DNA of 64,000 bases, taken from the NCBI GenBank assembly GCA_963714275.1, contig CAVQNT010000004.1:1-64000 (forward strand), read 5' to 3'. This DNA comes from Candidatus Bathyarchaeota archaeon (GTDB lineage Archaea; Thermoproteota; Bathyarchaeia; Bathyarchaeales; DTEX01). Under the pieces are notes generated by a model, which saw only the letters and a program-made list of their open reading frames with translations, was not told the DNA's origin and ran no database searches. A program made the position numbers and the translations under genes. Shown in pieces: positions 10,659 to 21,258 of this stretch. Each line of letters begins with the position of its first letter. The stretch's first letter is position 1.

Positions 10659-10994
10659 TTGGAATCAGGCTATGTAAAGTCTGCTCAGAAGTCAGAAATC
10701 CCAATTGGCAAAATGAAAATGGTAAAATTAGGCGACAAAGAGGTGTTGATAGCCAATGTGAATGGTAACTATTACGCTATTGGAAATAGATGCACACATG
10801 CCAGCGCCGATCTTTCACAAGGTTCTTTAGAAGGTAATATTGTAACATGCCCAAAACACAAATCGAAATTTGACGTAACCTCAGGAAAAGTTGTTTCAGG
10901 TCCTAAGATGCTGCTTGTTCACCCGAAAATCAATGATGAACCATCTTACGAAGTGAAAGTTGAAGGTAACGCAATCTTACTCAAGATTGAATGA
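10659..10994 (+). CDS. Rieske [2Fe-2S] ferredoxin
   Basis: CTH...CPKH...FDV.SG. Confidence 0.9.
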   Translation: MESGYVKSAQKSEIPIGKMKMVKLGDKEVLIANVNGNYYAIGNRCTHASADLSQGSLEGNIVTCPKHKSKFDVTSGKVVSGPKMLLVHPKINDEPSYEVKVEGNAILLKIE

Positions 10995-11084
10995 CACTAC
11001 TTTACACTAACGTGACTGAAAGCCCTGTTTTCAATTGGAGGGAAGTAAAATTGAGCGCGCGAGAAGGTTGGCAGGAGGATTAAC

Positions 11085-11721
11085 TTGAAGAAAATTGCCG
11101 TTTTCGGAGCAACCGGCGACACAGGCAAACAAATTGTAGAGCAGGCACTGCAAGCGGGATACGAAGTAGTAGCCTATGCACGTAACTCCTCCAAGCTCAA
11201 CGTTAGTAATGAGCATCTAACGGTTATTCAGGGCGAACTGTCTGACGTAGCGTTAATTGAAACTGCCATAAAAGGTACCGGTGCAGTTCTTAGTGCGTTG
11301 GGTCCACGGGGAGGCTCAAAAAATAAGCCACTGACACAGGGAATGCGAAACATTATTGGAGCAATGAAGAAGCAAGGCGTACGCAGACTAATCATAACAT
11401 CGACTTTGAGCGCCAAAGACACCAAAGGACAAACCAGACTTCAGAACAAAAGCCATGGTGAATCTTGTCAAAACCACCATGCATGCGGCATACGAAGATA
11501 TAGTTAACGTAGCCGAAACCGTGCGTGCATCAGACCTTGAATGGACAATTGTGCGGTTAGCATTGCTGAATAATAAGCCGAAATCTGGAAAAGTTAAAGC
11601 GGGCTATGTAGGCACAGGAGAAGTTGGAACTCAGATTAGTCGTGCAGACATTGCGGACTTTATGCTCAAGCAAATAGACGACACGAAATATCTGAGGGAA
11701 GCACCTGCAATAAGCAATTAG
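11085..11721 (+). CDS. NAD(P)H-binding flavin-reductase-like atypical SDR (frameshift near 11420)
   Basis: GATGDTG, LEWTIVR, ISRADIADF. Confidence 0.85.
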
Positions 11722-11837
11722 CATCTGATTGAAGATTATGAAAAAAGTAAAGTTTGAATTTTTAGGCTAACTCACTCACACTGAATATTAATTGTAGATC
11801 TTAATAGTAAAGTTGTAACTTGATAGTGTACTTTGTA

Positions 11838-11888
11838 GGGGTCAGCAATGTCCTATAGACATTGTCGGGGACCAGAAATGTCTTATAG
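11838..11888. promoter_or_regulatory. Tandem imperfect direct repeat with an embedded palindrome, upstream of the element core genes
   Basis: GGGGTCAGCAATGTCCTATAG / GGGGACCAGAAATGTCTTATAG; inverted repeat CAATGTC-N5-GACATTG at 11846-11864. Confidence 0.55.
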
Positions 11889-11920
11889 TTTTGTTTCAAC
11901 AAACATTCAAGGTGACATAA

Positions 11921-12181
11921 TTGGTTAATTTAGTGGAGTCTTGGGAAGACCTAGAAGAATACGCGAAGTGGTGCAGGACCGGAGCCTACCAGACGCGGGA
12001 AACCGTTGAAGGCATCGAGCTTCGGGTCTTCACTGGCAAGTACGGCTTTGTAAAATGCTTTAAAGAAACGCAGGATCCCTTGTTCAGCCACATCCTGGAG
12101 TTCTGTAAGACGGAAGGGTTCATAAAAGTCTTGGGCAACGTGCCAGACGACCTCTTCTTTTCTGTGCATAGGGAATCCTAG
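11921..12181 (+). CDS. Hypothetical protein (element core)
   Basis: 86 aa ORF, AGGTGA RBS, first gene of a co-oriented cluster ending in the integrase. Confidence 0.65.
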   Translation: MVNLVESWEDLEEYAKWCRTGAYQTRETVEGIELRVFTGKYGFVKCFKETQDPLFSHILEFCKTEGFIKVLGNVPDDLFFSVHRES

Positions 12182-12235
12182 CTATCGCGTGAACCAAAAG
12201 CCCTTATCGTCAAACAAGTGAAGGAGGCTTAAACG

Positions 12236-13628
12236 TTGACAGAATTCAAGTCTGCGACTAACCTGGAGAACGCTTTTGTTCAGCTCCTGAAAAAGTCAGC
12301 TAGGGAAGTCGTGAAGGTCTTTGAGTTCTCCGAGGACAACGATGTTGTTGTTGCTCATCAGATGCCCGACGCCTACATAGATCGCGAGGACTGGCTCAAA
12401 GTTCACTATGCCTGCAGGGAAGCTGGAGGACAATCCAACAAGGACGAGAAGACTGGCCACTGGTTTTTCAGGTTTCCGAAAGCAGCCGCTCCTTCCACTC
12501 AAGATATTAACAAGGCTCCCAACCAGCAACCGGGACACGGAGAAGAGGCGGCTGCCGGACAACCACAAGCGCAGACCCCTTCTCCTTCGATGCAGAAGTG
12601 GAATCCTGAATACCCATCCAAGGACGCACCTGTCACGCCAGGATACTACCCTGAATTTCCAGTCGACCGCATCGTTCAGCCCGCTTTCAATTTTCGACAA
12701 GACCTCAAGGACGGAATAGACGCTTTGATGGCGGAGATCCACGCTGCAGGCATGAATGAGAACGCAGGCTGCCTCAGCAGTAGGCTACGTTGTGATTGGT
12801 CCTGGAGAAAGAAGGCTTTACGCGTCCAAGCAGCTGGGCATGAAGACGGTGCCCGTAATCGTCAAAGACCTTAACGATGTCGAGTTTGACAGGGTAAGGC
12901 TTCTCGAGAACTTGGCACGCAAGGACCTTTCGGACATGGAAACCTCTAGGGTTCTCAAGTACCTCATGGACAAGTTCCCGCAAGAATACCCAACCCAGGA
13001 AGCCTTAGCGCAGGCCTTCGGCAAAACTCAGCAATGGGTGTCTAATCATCTCGCCATGCTTCAACTTGAACATGATGAGTTTACAACACGTGTTGTAAAG
13101 ACAGAAAAGCTGTCCGAAGGGCAAGCCCGAGAGATCATAGCAGCTCCTCCAGAGAAACGCGAGGAAGTCGCTAAACTCATAGCTGAACACATCGAAGCCG
13201 AAGGCAAACCTCCATCCATGGCTGATATCCGTAAGGTATCAAGGCCTGATGAAGGGCAAAGGGTTCGTTGTGCCCGCTGCGGAAATCCCACGTATAGATC
13301 TGTTGACGTCGACGGAGAACAGTATTGCCAGGTTTGCAGTGCCATAGTCAAGTCTAAGCCAAAACCGAAAGAAACATCGGAATCAGTTCCGAAGCCCCTT
13401 ATAAGAGATCAAGGAGTCGTTTCCCAAGAAACAGCGGTTCCGCTGGGATTTGAATCCACCATTCAGGCTCCAGCTTCAGAAACCGAAAAGCCAGAAAAGG
13501 AAGAGCCTGAACCTGTCGACACCGGCATGCTCTTTGATTGTCCAGTTTGCCACGAAACCTACACGATCATTCACGTTGCTAAGGGCAAGCATAGGCTGCA
13601 GCCAATTATGGTCATGGAGGAAAAATAG
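12236..13628 (+). CDS. ParB/Spo0J-like protein with N-terminal extension, HTH and Zn-ribbon motifs (frameshift near 12768)
   Basis: GERR and ENL.R.DL ParB motifs, TQEALAQAFGKTQQWVSNHL HTH, LSEGQARE; CARC...CQVC and CPVC motifs. Confidence 0.8.
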
Positions 13629-13629
13629 G

Positions 13630-14001
13630 GTGCCTGAATTCATCCGCCTCAGCCAAGTTTACAAGTCTATTCCCCTTTCTGAACGTGTCTGCGGAGGTGA
13701 ACACCCCCAGGAAGACGTGGGTTGTGGCAAACCCATACTCCGCAACGCAGCACTCCTCGATGGCGTGCTGATGCATTATGGCTGCCTCAAAAAATCGTGC
13801 CTTGAACCCACGCACATGTGCAACAACTGCGGCAGCTTCCTCACGCCGAAGAAGATCGTAACCGTGCTTTTTCGGGGAGAAAACTTCAAGAGCTGCGGAC
13901 TTTGTGGCAACAGCGACATTTTCAGCCTAGGCTGGAATAGGCAGCAGACAATCACCGTTTCTCACCAAAAAATGATCAACGAATTACCTGAGCAATCATA
14001 G
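13630..14001 (+). CDS. Cys/His-rich zinc-finger protein
   Basis: GTG start just after the ParB stop; C...CGK, HYGC, CNNC and CGLC motifs. Confidence 0.65.
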   Translation: MPEFIRLSQVYKSIPLSERVCGGEHPQEDVGCGKPILRNAALLDGVLMHYGCLKKSCLEPTHMCNNCGSFLTPKKIVTVLFRGENFKSCGLCGNSDIFSLGWNRQQTITVSHQKMINELPEQS

Positions 14002-14036
14002 ATACAAACTTTAAAGAAAAGGAGGAAAAAAACGAG

Positions 14037-14291
14037 TTGGTTGACAAACTAATCGTCTTGACAAAGAACGTGGGCACCATCCTACGGCTCATGAACGAAC
14101 TAGGCATTAGCTACCATTGCGAGCTCGGAAAAGACGAGTATCGAGTTGTCTACTTCAGCAACAGTCGACAATGCTTTTTCGAAGGCCACCTAGAAGGGGA
14201 ACAGCTGAAACAGATCCAGCAGGACTGCCACAAAGTGTCAAAAATCACGGTCGACGAAAACGCTGGAGAAATACGCATCGAGGAGAACTAA
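14037..14291 (+). CDS. Hypothetical protein (element core)
   Basis: 84 aa, GGAGG RBS upstream. Confidence 0.6.
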   Translation: MVDKLIVLTKNVGTILRLMNELGISYHCELGKDEYRVVYFSNSRQCFFEGHLEGEQLKQIQQDCHKVSKITVDENAGEIRIEEN

Positions 14292-14365
14292 AAACTTGGC
14301 AAGGGAAAGGCTGGCTTCCACAGCTCCGTCAACGCATTCTTTTCACCAAAGCAGGTTAACAGTGG

Positions 14366-15568
14366 ATGTCGGATCATCATGTGGATCCGCCTGCCCAGTC
14401 CCCTAATTGCCCCGAATGTGGCTCATCCAAAGCTTGGAAAGATGGGTTTAGACGTGCAGATCAAGGCCCAGTGCAAAGATGGCTCTGCAGAAGCTGTGGA
14501 AAAAGGTTTAGCCAATCAAGCCTAACCAATAAAAAGGAGGACCAGCACACTTTAATGTACCAAGTATGCGTTGCTGACGGAGCTGACGAAAAACTTGGAC
14601 ACAGTAGAAACCCAAATAGGAGCAGGCCAGCGGGAGGCCACAGAAACAGCCGAGGTTAAGGGCAAAATAATTGAATTTGCCTTCTGGATGAAAAAGAACG
14701 GCTATGCTGAAAACACAATCACTAGACGAGCCAGAATCCTCAACACGCTTGTTAAAAGAGGCGCAGACCTCTTCAACCCAGAATCAATCAAAGAAGTCAT
14801 CGCCAAACAAGACTCCTGGAACAGCAAAACAAAAGAAATATCCGTCGAAGCCTACAGTTGCTTCCTCAAAATGACTGGCGGAACATGGAAGCCCCCAAGA
14901 TTCATGAAAGTCGAAAAGTTACCATTCCTCCCAACACAAGAGGAAGCCTTAAGCCTAATCGCAGGATGCAGCCGAAAAATGTCCACGTTCCTTCAGTACT
15001 CTATGAAACCGGTGCACGTTCAGGCGAAGCGTGGCAACTGTCCTGGACAGACTTCGACCTCGAAAGAGGAGCAGTCACAATAACGCCTGAAAAAGGCGGC
15101 AAACCCAGAACCCTAAGACTGTCACAGAAAATAACCGCCATGCTGAAAGGCTTACCATCATGGAGCACAGAACAAAAGCCTTTCAACGGTTCGCTTCGAC
15201 ACTTCGCAAGAACCTTCAGAAGACAAAGAGCCAAAACCGCTGAGAAATTTAAAAATCCCAGACTAAAGAAAATAACCTTCCACACATTTCGACACTTGAA
15301 AGCAACATTACTCTACCACGCAACGAAAGACCTGATCCTCGTCAAAGAAACCCTAGGCCACCGCTCAATCCAAAGCACCATGATCTATACTCAGCTGATT
15401 AATTTTGAGGAAGATGACTACGTCTGCAAAGTCGCCAAAACTCTGAAAGAAGTCGCCGAACTTATTGAATCTGGCTTTGAATACGTAACAGATTTCGAAA
15501 ATGCCAAATTATTCAGAAAACGCAAAGATGGGTCCTCTAGGCTCACAGATGGGGCTGCTGGGATTTGA
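14366..15568 (+). CDS. Tyrosine recombinase/integrase with N-terminal Zn ribbon (frameshifts near 14575 and 14997)
   Basis: CPECGS...QRWLCRSC; catalytic ETGAR, KGG, HTFRH, LGH...T.IY. Confidence 0.9.
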
Positions 15569-15625
15569 ACCCAGGACCTCGCGCGCCCCAGGCGCGAATC
15601 TTTGACCAATCTGGACCACAGCCCC
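15550..15625 (-). tRNA. tRNA-Pro(GGG)
   Basis: GGGGCTG/CAGCCCC acceptor stem, CGCGC-CTGGGGC-GCGCG anticodon arm, CTGGG-TTCAAAT-CCCAG T arm; no intron, CCA not encoded. Confidence 0.95.
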
Positions 15626-15979
15626 CTTTAACTGGACTTAAACCCTTTTCTAAAAGAGTTATGTATCCTAAACAGTTTGATTCTGTTCATGTCAGTAACA
15701 TATCGAATACTACTTTAGGTTACTTGGTTGGGATAATCGTATAAAATTCACCTAAATTTAAAGATTGTTCAATTCATGATTCTTTTATTATATTAGTCAA
15801 TCAACGACGAAAGAAAATACCTAATTCCACAACGGGTTTAGCTGAGATCAATATAAAAAAAGGTATGTATACCCAATTGTTCTCTCATTACGCTTACTCC
15901 GTGCTGCTGCATTTTTTATGTAGGGTTGAGATACGCACATTATCTTTTATTATGTATTTTTGCTATTTGTATCTACTAG

Positions 15980-16249
15980 GTGTTTAAAGTGAGCTCAAAA
16001 CGTTCACGGATTGAGATGTACCTCGACATCTTACAAGCAATAAGGAAAGGCGTGCAAAAACCTACACGAATCATGTATCGGACTAACCTTTCTTGGAAGC
16101 CTCTTATGAAGATTCTAAACACAATGATTGAGCAGGATCTAATTGCTTCTGTAAACACGGAAAATCACGTATTCTATAAGATTACAGAGAAAGGCATGAG
16201 TGTCCTCAACTACTTTAATGAAGCAATGGAACTTATCGAAATAAAATAA
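15980..16249 (+). CDS. Small archaeal wHTH regulator (HTH_45-like)
   Basis: RSRIEMYLDIL...KPTRIMYRTNLSW...YKITEKG. Confidence 0.85.
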   Translation: MFKVSSKRSRIEMYLDILQAIRKGVQKPTRIMYRTNLSWKPLMKILNTMIEQDLIASVNTENHVFYKITEKGMSVLNYFNEAMELIEIK

Positions 16250-16401
16250 CAATATTATAATACAACAAGTATCCAATCAATCTTTCGGATTGGTCTTATC
16301 CCACATCAACGCACAATTAAGTCAGCTAGTAATATTATTTTTTTGTGAAATTTAGGACAAAAGATATACTTGGACGTTGAAAATTGCAGTTATTTTAGAT
16401 A

Positions 16402-16641
16402 TTAATGATTTAGTTTCACATTTGGTATTTTTCCAAGTTCACTTAGGCCTACTAGGAAGGAAGTGATTGAAGAGAGGGCAGTAGACACTAGGAAGATCGT
16501 TAGTATGTGGTTGTTTTGGGTTAAAGGAAAAGTGGGTATTACAAAATTGGTTGTTGGAAGGTAAATTGCCAGAAGCGAAACTATCCATATACTTAGAATA
16601 ATAAAAAGAAAAATGTATAATGGCTTCTTTTTCTGGTTCAT
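16402..16641 (-). CDS. Small two-TM membrane protein
   Basis: 79 aa, directly downstream of the secreted-protein gene. Confidence 0.5.
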   Translation of the reverse strand: MNQKKKPLYIFLFIILSIWIVSLLAIYLPTTNFVIPTFPLTQNNHILTIFLVSTALSSITSFLVGLSELGKIPNVKLNH

Positions 16642-16652
16642 GTTCTGTTCGC

Positions 16653-17178
16653 CTAAGTGCTTTCTGCTGTCACTACAATGGTTGCGGTGGTAGGTTGATC
16701 TAAACTTACTGATTTGGCAGTTGTAGTTATTTCAAAGTCGAATCTCCAAGTCTCCAGACGCATCTAATGTTACAGCGGCTGGATCAGGCACTCCCAATGT
16801 CATAGTGCAAGCTATATCACCAACATTGTGGCTCCCGCCGGGTACAGTTGCGAACTTAACGGTTATAGTGTATGTGGTGTAGTATGAGGTTAATGTGTCT
16901 AAGTTGCTGTTGAAATGAAGATAGACATCGGCTTTCGTTGTTGTGATATTTATTATGTTGCCAAGGCTCGGAACTGTGGCTTTAGTAATGCTTTTTGTTT
17001 CGCCTTCTTCTATATTGCCTAAAGCGGAATTTTGCACTGTTAATGTGGCAATCTCTTTAATAGTCTGCGTTACTTGTTGCTGTGCTTGTTCATAGACATA
17101 GGCTGAAACTGAAATTACAGCAATGCTCAATAGTAGAAAAAGAACACCTAGTAAATTCTTTCTTTCCAATATAGACAC
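16653..17178 (-). CDS. Secreted Thr-rich beta protein, possibly a TasA/bundling-pilin-like subunit (frameshift near 16751)
   Basis: Signal peptide ending VSA/YV; corrected C-terminus WRFDFEITTTAKSV...TATIVVTAEST*. Confidence 0.6.
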
Positions 17179-17331
17179 TCCTGTATTTTTAATTTAACTA
17201 AAATTCTATAAATAAAAAACATTATGAACATACCGTATGAATTATTAATTCATTAGTCAGCTCAGTATTTTCAATATATTATAAAAAATCTTATATTCAA
17301 CATAACCATTAACGGACTTACGTGAATTAAA

Positions 17332-20037
17332 ATGAAAGGAAAGAAAATTACAATTGCTTTACTATTAGTTCTATTCGTAGCGACACTTGTACCATTAAAG
17401 ACTTATGCTCAAGAAGTTCCTAAAGGACCTTGGGTAGACGAAATAACTTTTCAAACTGAATCAGACGAAGCAAAAGTCTATGAAATGCTAGAAGACAGTG
17501 TAGTTCAAATACATTTATCAGACATCAACGACGCGGACGTCTTTGCCAGTATACGATCATCTGCAAACCTAAAATATGACATGTCCTATGGATTATACTT
17601 CGAATTAACATTCAATCCATATGGCACTGTTTCAGAACCAACATTTGACGATGGTAGTCTTAATCCCTTCTGTGATCCTCAAATTAGAGAGGCAATGAAC
17701 CTTCTGATCGACCGTAACTATATTTGTGAAGAACTGTTACAGGGCATGGCTAAACCGAAATTGTTCTGCTTAACATCAGTGTTCCCAGAATACGGAAAAC
17801 TTGCAGACATATTATTGGGAATCGAAGCAAAATATGGCTATGACTTTGACGAAGCAAAGAAAGTCATATTCGAAAGAATGGTTGTCTTAGGCGCAATCTA
17901 CAGTGAAGGCAAATGGCTATACAATGATGTACCGGTAACAATAAAATTAATAATTAGAATAGATGACCAAGCACGAACAAAAATTGGTAACTATGTTGCT
18001 GACCAACTTGAACTCATAGGATTCACGACAGAAAGGTCATATAAAAAATCTGGTGAAGCTTCACCAATCTGGAGAGCAGTTTCAGTGCCTCTTTCTGCTG
18101 GAGCTTACCACATCTACACTGCAGGTTGGATTTCAACAGCCGTGGAAAGAGACTCATCCAGTAACTTTGGATACTTTTACACACCACGCGGAGCTGGTAC
18201 CGGTCCATTATGGCTTGGTTACAGACCAGACCCAATATTCCAGGAAGTAGCATACAAATTGTATGATGCTGATTGGGCTACTTTCGATGAAAGACAATCT
18301 CTTATGGCCCAAGCTGCTGAAATGTCATTGAAAGACTCTGTAAGAGTCTTTGTGTGTGACCAGGTAATTCCATATGCATACAGAAAAGAGATTCAGGTAG
18401 CAACAGATTTATCAAGTGGATTATTTGCGAACGCAATAAGCTCAAGGACAATAAGAATAACAGGTCAAGTAGGTGGAACAGTTGCTGCTTCTTGCCGAGA
18501 GGTTCTTGTAGATCCATGGAATCCGGTTGCTGGTACCAACTGGGCAATGGATGCGAATATAATACTTCCTACGGTTGACAGTGAATACATTTACAATCCA
18601 TATACAGGGCTACCAATGGCAAACAGATTTGTTAATGCCACAGTAGATGTCCTGACAGGCACACAAACAATTAGCAGCAGTCCGTGGTGCACACTTAATT
18701 TTGTTAACAGCATAACAGTTCCCACTGATGCTTGGTATGATTGGGATAGCACTAACCAACAGGTTATCACTGCCCCTGAAGGCACTACTGCAAATTCGAA
18801 GGTCACAATAAATTATGGTGATGTCATAGGAAATGTGAAGTATCATGATGGGTCAGTTATGTCTCTTGCAGACTGGGTTCTAACATGGCCACTTGACTTT
18901 GAAAGAAATGATCCCGATAGCCCATTATATGATGAATCTTCTGCACCCAACTTTGAGGCCTATAAAGCAGTATTTAGGGGATGGAGAATAGTTAGCGAAC
19001 ATCCTTTGGTTACTGAGATATACCTTGACTACAAAACTTTAGATGCAGAACTAATTCTATCACGAGCTGTAACACTGACCGGGATTGACTCACCAACATG
19101 GGGCGTTGCCCAATTCTGGCCAAGTATGCCATGGCAAGTAAAAGCAATAGGCGTGAAAGCTGATGAGGAAGGATTACTTGCATTCTCTGCAGATAAGTCA
19201 GATCAAAACAATGTTGAATGGATGAGCTACATAGGTGGTCCAAGCTTAACCACACTGGAGAACGTACTTACAGAAGCGAAAAATACTGGTTATCTACCAT
19301 TCGAACAATTCGCAAGTCAATATGTTACTGCTGATGACGCCACTGCCAGATACACAAACCTTCAAAACTGGTATGCACAACACCACCACTTCTGGGTAGC
19401 TAATGGTCCATTCTATCTGGACACAGTCGACTTTACAGGTCATGTAGCAGTAATTAAAGCCTTTAGAGACTACACATACGCAGCAGACAGATATGCAAGT
19501 TTAGCTTCAGCACCTATACCCGAATCTACAATTCAAACACCCACAAGCGTTGTACCAGGCTTGAAAGCTAACTTCAATTTGTCACTGTCAACTCAAGGAC
19601 AACCATATCAAAACGATAGGATTGATTTCGTAAAATATGTTATAGTTGATTCAGGCGGTGCATCCAAAGTTTCAGGAACAGCCACAGCCACAACTCAAGG
19701 TAATTGGCCAATCAGCATAAGTGAAACAGAAACTGCACTATTGAATCCTGGAACCTATACACTCATAACAATAGCTTTGAGCAAGGATGTAGCCATACCA
19801 GGAATCAAAAGAACACCGTTCGTTGTGATTCCTGAATTAAGTTACTTCCAGACACTTTTAGCACAAACAAGGGCAGATGTTAGTGCAAGTGTGTCCGGGT
19901 TGGAAGCATCTCTGTCAGACGACATTACTTCACTCCAAGGAGCTATTAGTACAGCACAAACAACAATGTATGTTGCTATAGGCTTAGCAGTAATAGCATT
20001 GCTTATAGCAATCTATGCGGTAGCTGTTAAAAAATAG
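17332..20037 (+). CDS. ABC peptide/oligosaccharide substrate-binding protein, family 5, archaeal type with C-terminal TM anchor
   Basis: Signal peptide, NPF.D..IREAMN.LIDR, KYHDG, NGPFYL, C-terminal TM followed by KK. Confidence 0.9.
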   Translation: MKGKKITIALLLVLFVATLVPLKTYAQEVPKGPWVDEITFQTESDEAKVYEMLEDSVVQIHLSDINDADVFASIRSSANLKYDMSYGLYFELTFNPYGTVSEPTFDDGSLNPFCDPQIREAMNLLIDRNYICEELLQGMAKPKLFCLTSVFPEYGKLADILLGIEAKYGYDFDEAKKVIFERMVVLGAIYSEGKWLYNDVPVTIKLIIRIDDQARTKIGNYVADQLELIGFTTERSYKKSGEASPIWRAVSVPLSAGAYHIYTAGWISTAVERDSSSNFGYFYTPRGAGTGPLWLGYRPDPIFQEVAYKLYDADWATFDERQSLMAQAAEMSLKDSVRVFVCDQVIPYAYRKEIQVATDLSSGLFANAISSRTIRITGQVGGTVAASCREVLVDPWNPVAGTNWAMDANIILPTVDSEYIYNPYTGLPMANRFVNATVDVLTGTQTISSSPWCTLNFVNSITVPTDAWYDWDSTNQQVITAPEGTTANSKVTINYGDVIGNVKYHDGSVMSLADWVLTWPLDFERNDPDSPLYDESSAPNFEAYKAVFRGWRIVSEHPLVTEIYLDYKTLDAELILSRAVTLTGIDSPTWGVAQFWPSMPWQVKAIGVKADEEGLLAFSADKSDQNNVEWMSYIGGPSLTTLENVLTEAKNTGYLPFEQFASQYVTADDATARYTNLQNWYAQHHHFWVANGPFYLDTVDFTGHVAVIKAFRDYTYAADRYASLASAPIPESTIQTPTSVVPGLKANFNLSLSTQGQPYQNDRIDFVKYVIVDSGGASKVSGTATATTQGNWPISISETETALLNPGTYTLITIALSKDVAIPGIKRTPFVVIPELSYFQTLLAQTRADVSASVSGLEASLSDDITSLQGAISTAQTTMYVAIGLAVIALLIAIYAVAVKK

Positions 20038-20065
20038 GGCACACCCTATTTTCCTCCCTTTTTTT
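20035..20065 (+). terminator. Short hairpin plus pyrimidine/T tract after the binding-protein gene
   Basis: TAGGG-CACA-CCCTA followed by TTTTCCTCCCTTTTTTT. Confidence 0.4.
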
Positions 20066-20186
20066 GGTAATTTAACAAGAAGATAAAATTGTAATTAGTC
20101 TTTTTTTTAAAAAAAATAATATTTGGTCATCTGAAGGAATGTTTATATAGATAAGTAATCAAAAAAGAACGGAGGAAGGTTAAAAG

Positions 20187-21254
20187 ATGGCTGTAAAGGA
20201 CCTTGTTAAATTTTTTTTAAAGAGGACAATAACTATTTTTATAGTTATTGTGATAGCAGCTTATTTGACAATATTTATCGCCAACATGGGTGGATATGTT
20301 GATCAGATTATGAGAAGTGAGATTACTACAAATGTTATGACAAGATTACTAAACGATCCCAATTTTAGAAATTATCCTCCAGAGTTACGTGATAGGATAA
20401 TCAATGAAACTTTAACAGTTGAGTTTAGGCGGATTGGACTCGATCAGCCATTTATTATAAGAAGTTTTATATATCTTAGGAATGCATTAACACTTGACTT
20501 AGGAAGGTCTATTTATTTAACAAGTGACAGTGGATCACGATTTGTTAAAAACATAATAATGGAAAGACTTCCTCAGACCATTTTACTTTTTACAACAGCA
20601 ACTCTGATTAACTTCTTTTTGAGCTTGTACATTGGGCTTTATCTTTCAAGGCATCATGGAAGTTTTCTTGACAGACTGTTTTTAGCGGGCGCTCCGACAT
20701 CTGTTATACCTGGATGGTTTTATGGAATTTTTTTAATTTTAATTTTTGCTGCTTTTTTAAATGTTTTACCATATGGCGGTATTATAGACGTTCCTCCTCC
20801 CACCACTCCCTTTCTTTACGCTTTAAGTATGCTTAAACACATGATTCTTCCATTATCTGCTTGGATAATTTCAGCATTCTTTTTAGGAGCTTATAGCAAC
20901 AGAACTTTCTTCCTAATATTCTCTACCGAAGATTATGTTGAAGCTGCTCGGGCTAAAGGTGTACCTCCCAGACAAATTGAAACAAAATATATCCTTCGAC
21001 CTTCCCTTCCACCAATCATTACTACACTTGCACTTAGCATAGTGAATTCGTGGACAGGGGCAATGATCACTGAGACTGTTTTCAGTTGGCGGGGATTGGG
21101 GTTACTCACATATGCGGCAATCAGTGCTACTGATACGCCTGTTATAATCGGAATCACCGTAATATATGCATATTTGTTAGGAGCAACTGTTCTAATTCTG
21201 GATATTATATATGGATTAATTGACCCACGAATAAAAGTTGGTAGAGGTAGTTAA
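20187..21254 (+). CDS. OppB/DppB-type permease
   Basis: EDYVEAARAKG EAA loop, ETVFSW.GLG, DPRIK. Confidence 0.9.
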   Translation: MAVKDLVKFFLKRTITIFIVIVIAAYLTIFIANMGGYVDQIMRSEITTNVMTRLLNDPNFRNYPPELRDRIINETLTVEFRRIGLDQPFIIRSFIYLRNALTLDLGRSIYLTSDSGSRFVKNIIMERLPQTILLFTTATLINFFLSLYIGLYLSRHHGSFLDRLFLAGAPTSVIPGWFYGIFLILIFAAFLNVLPYGGIIDVPPPTTPFLYALSMLKHMILPLSAWIISAFFLGAYSNRTFFLIFSTEDYVEAARAKGVPPRQIETKYILRPSLPPIITTLALSIVNSWTGAMITETVFSWRGLGLLTYAAISATDTPVIIGITVIYAYLLGATVLILDIIYGLIDPRIKVGRGS

Positions 21255-21258
21255 TCTA

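Larger units (their letters stand above)
1..15568. mobile_element. Integrated element / genomic island at tRNA-Pro (left boundary not visible)
   Basis: Tyrosine integrase abutting the tRNA 3' end, ParB-like and small Zn-finger genes, cargo genes and gene remnants; no second att copy seen in the window. Confidence 0.65.

Noticed and set aside
14560-14600. IS1-like programmed -1 frameshift between the Zn ribbon and the integrase
   Set aside because: The required shift is +1, the A-run is only A5C, and the site lies beside AGCT in an error-rich assembly.
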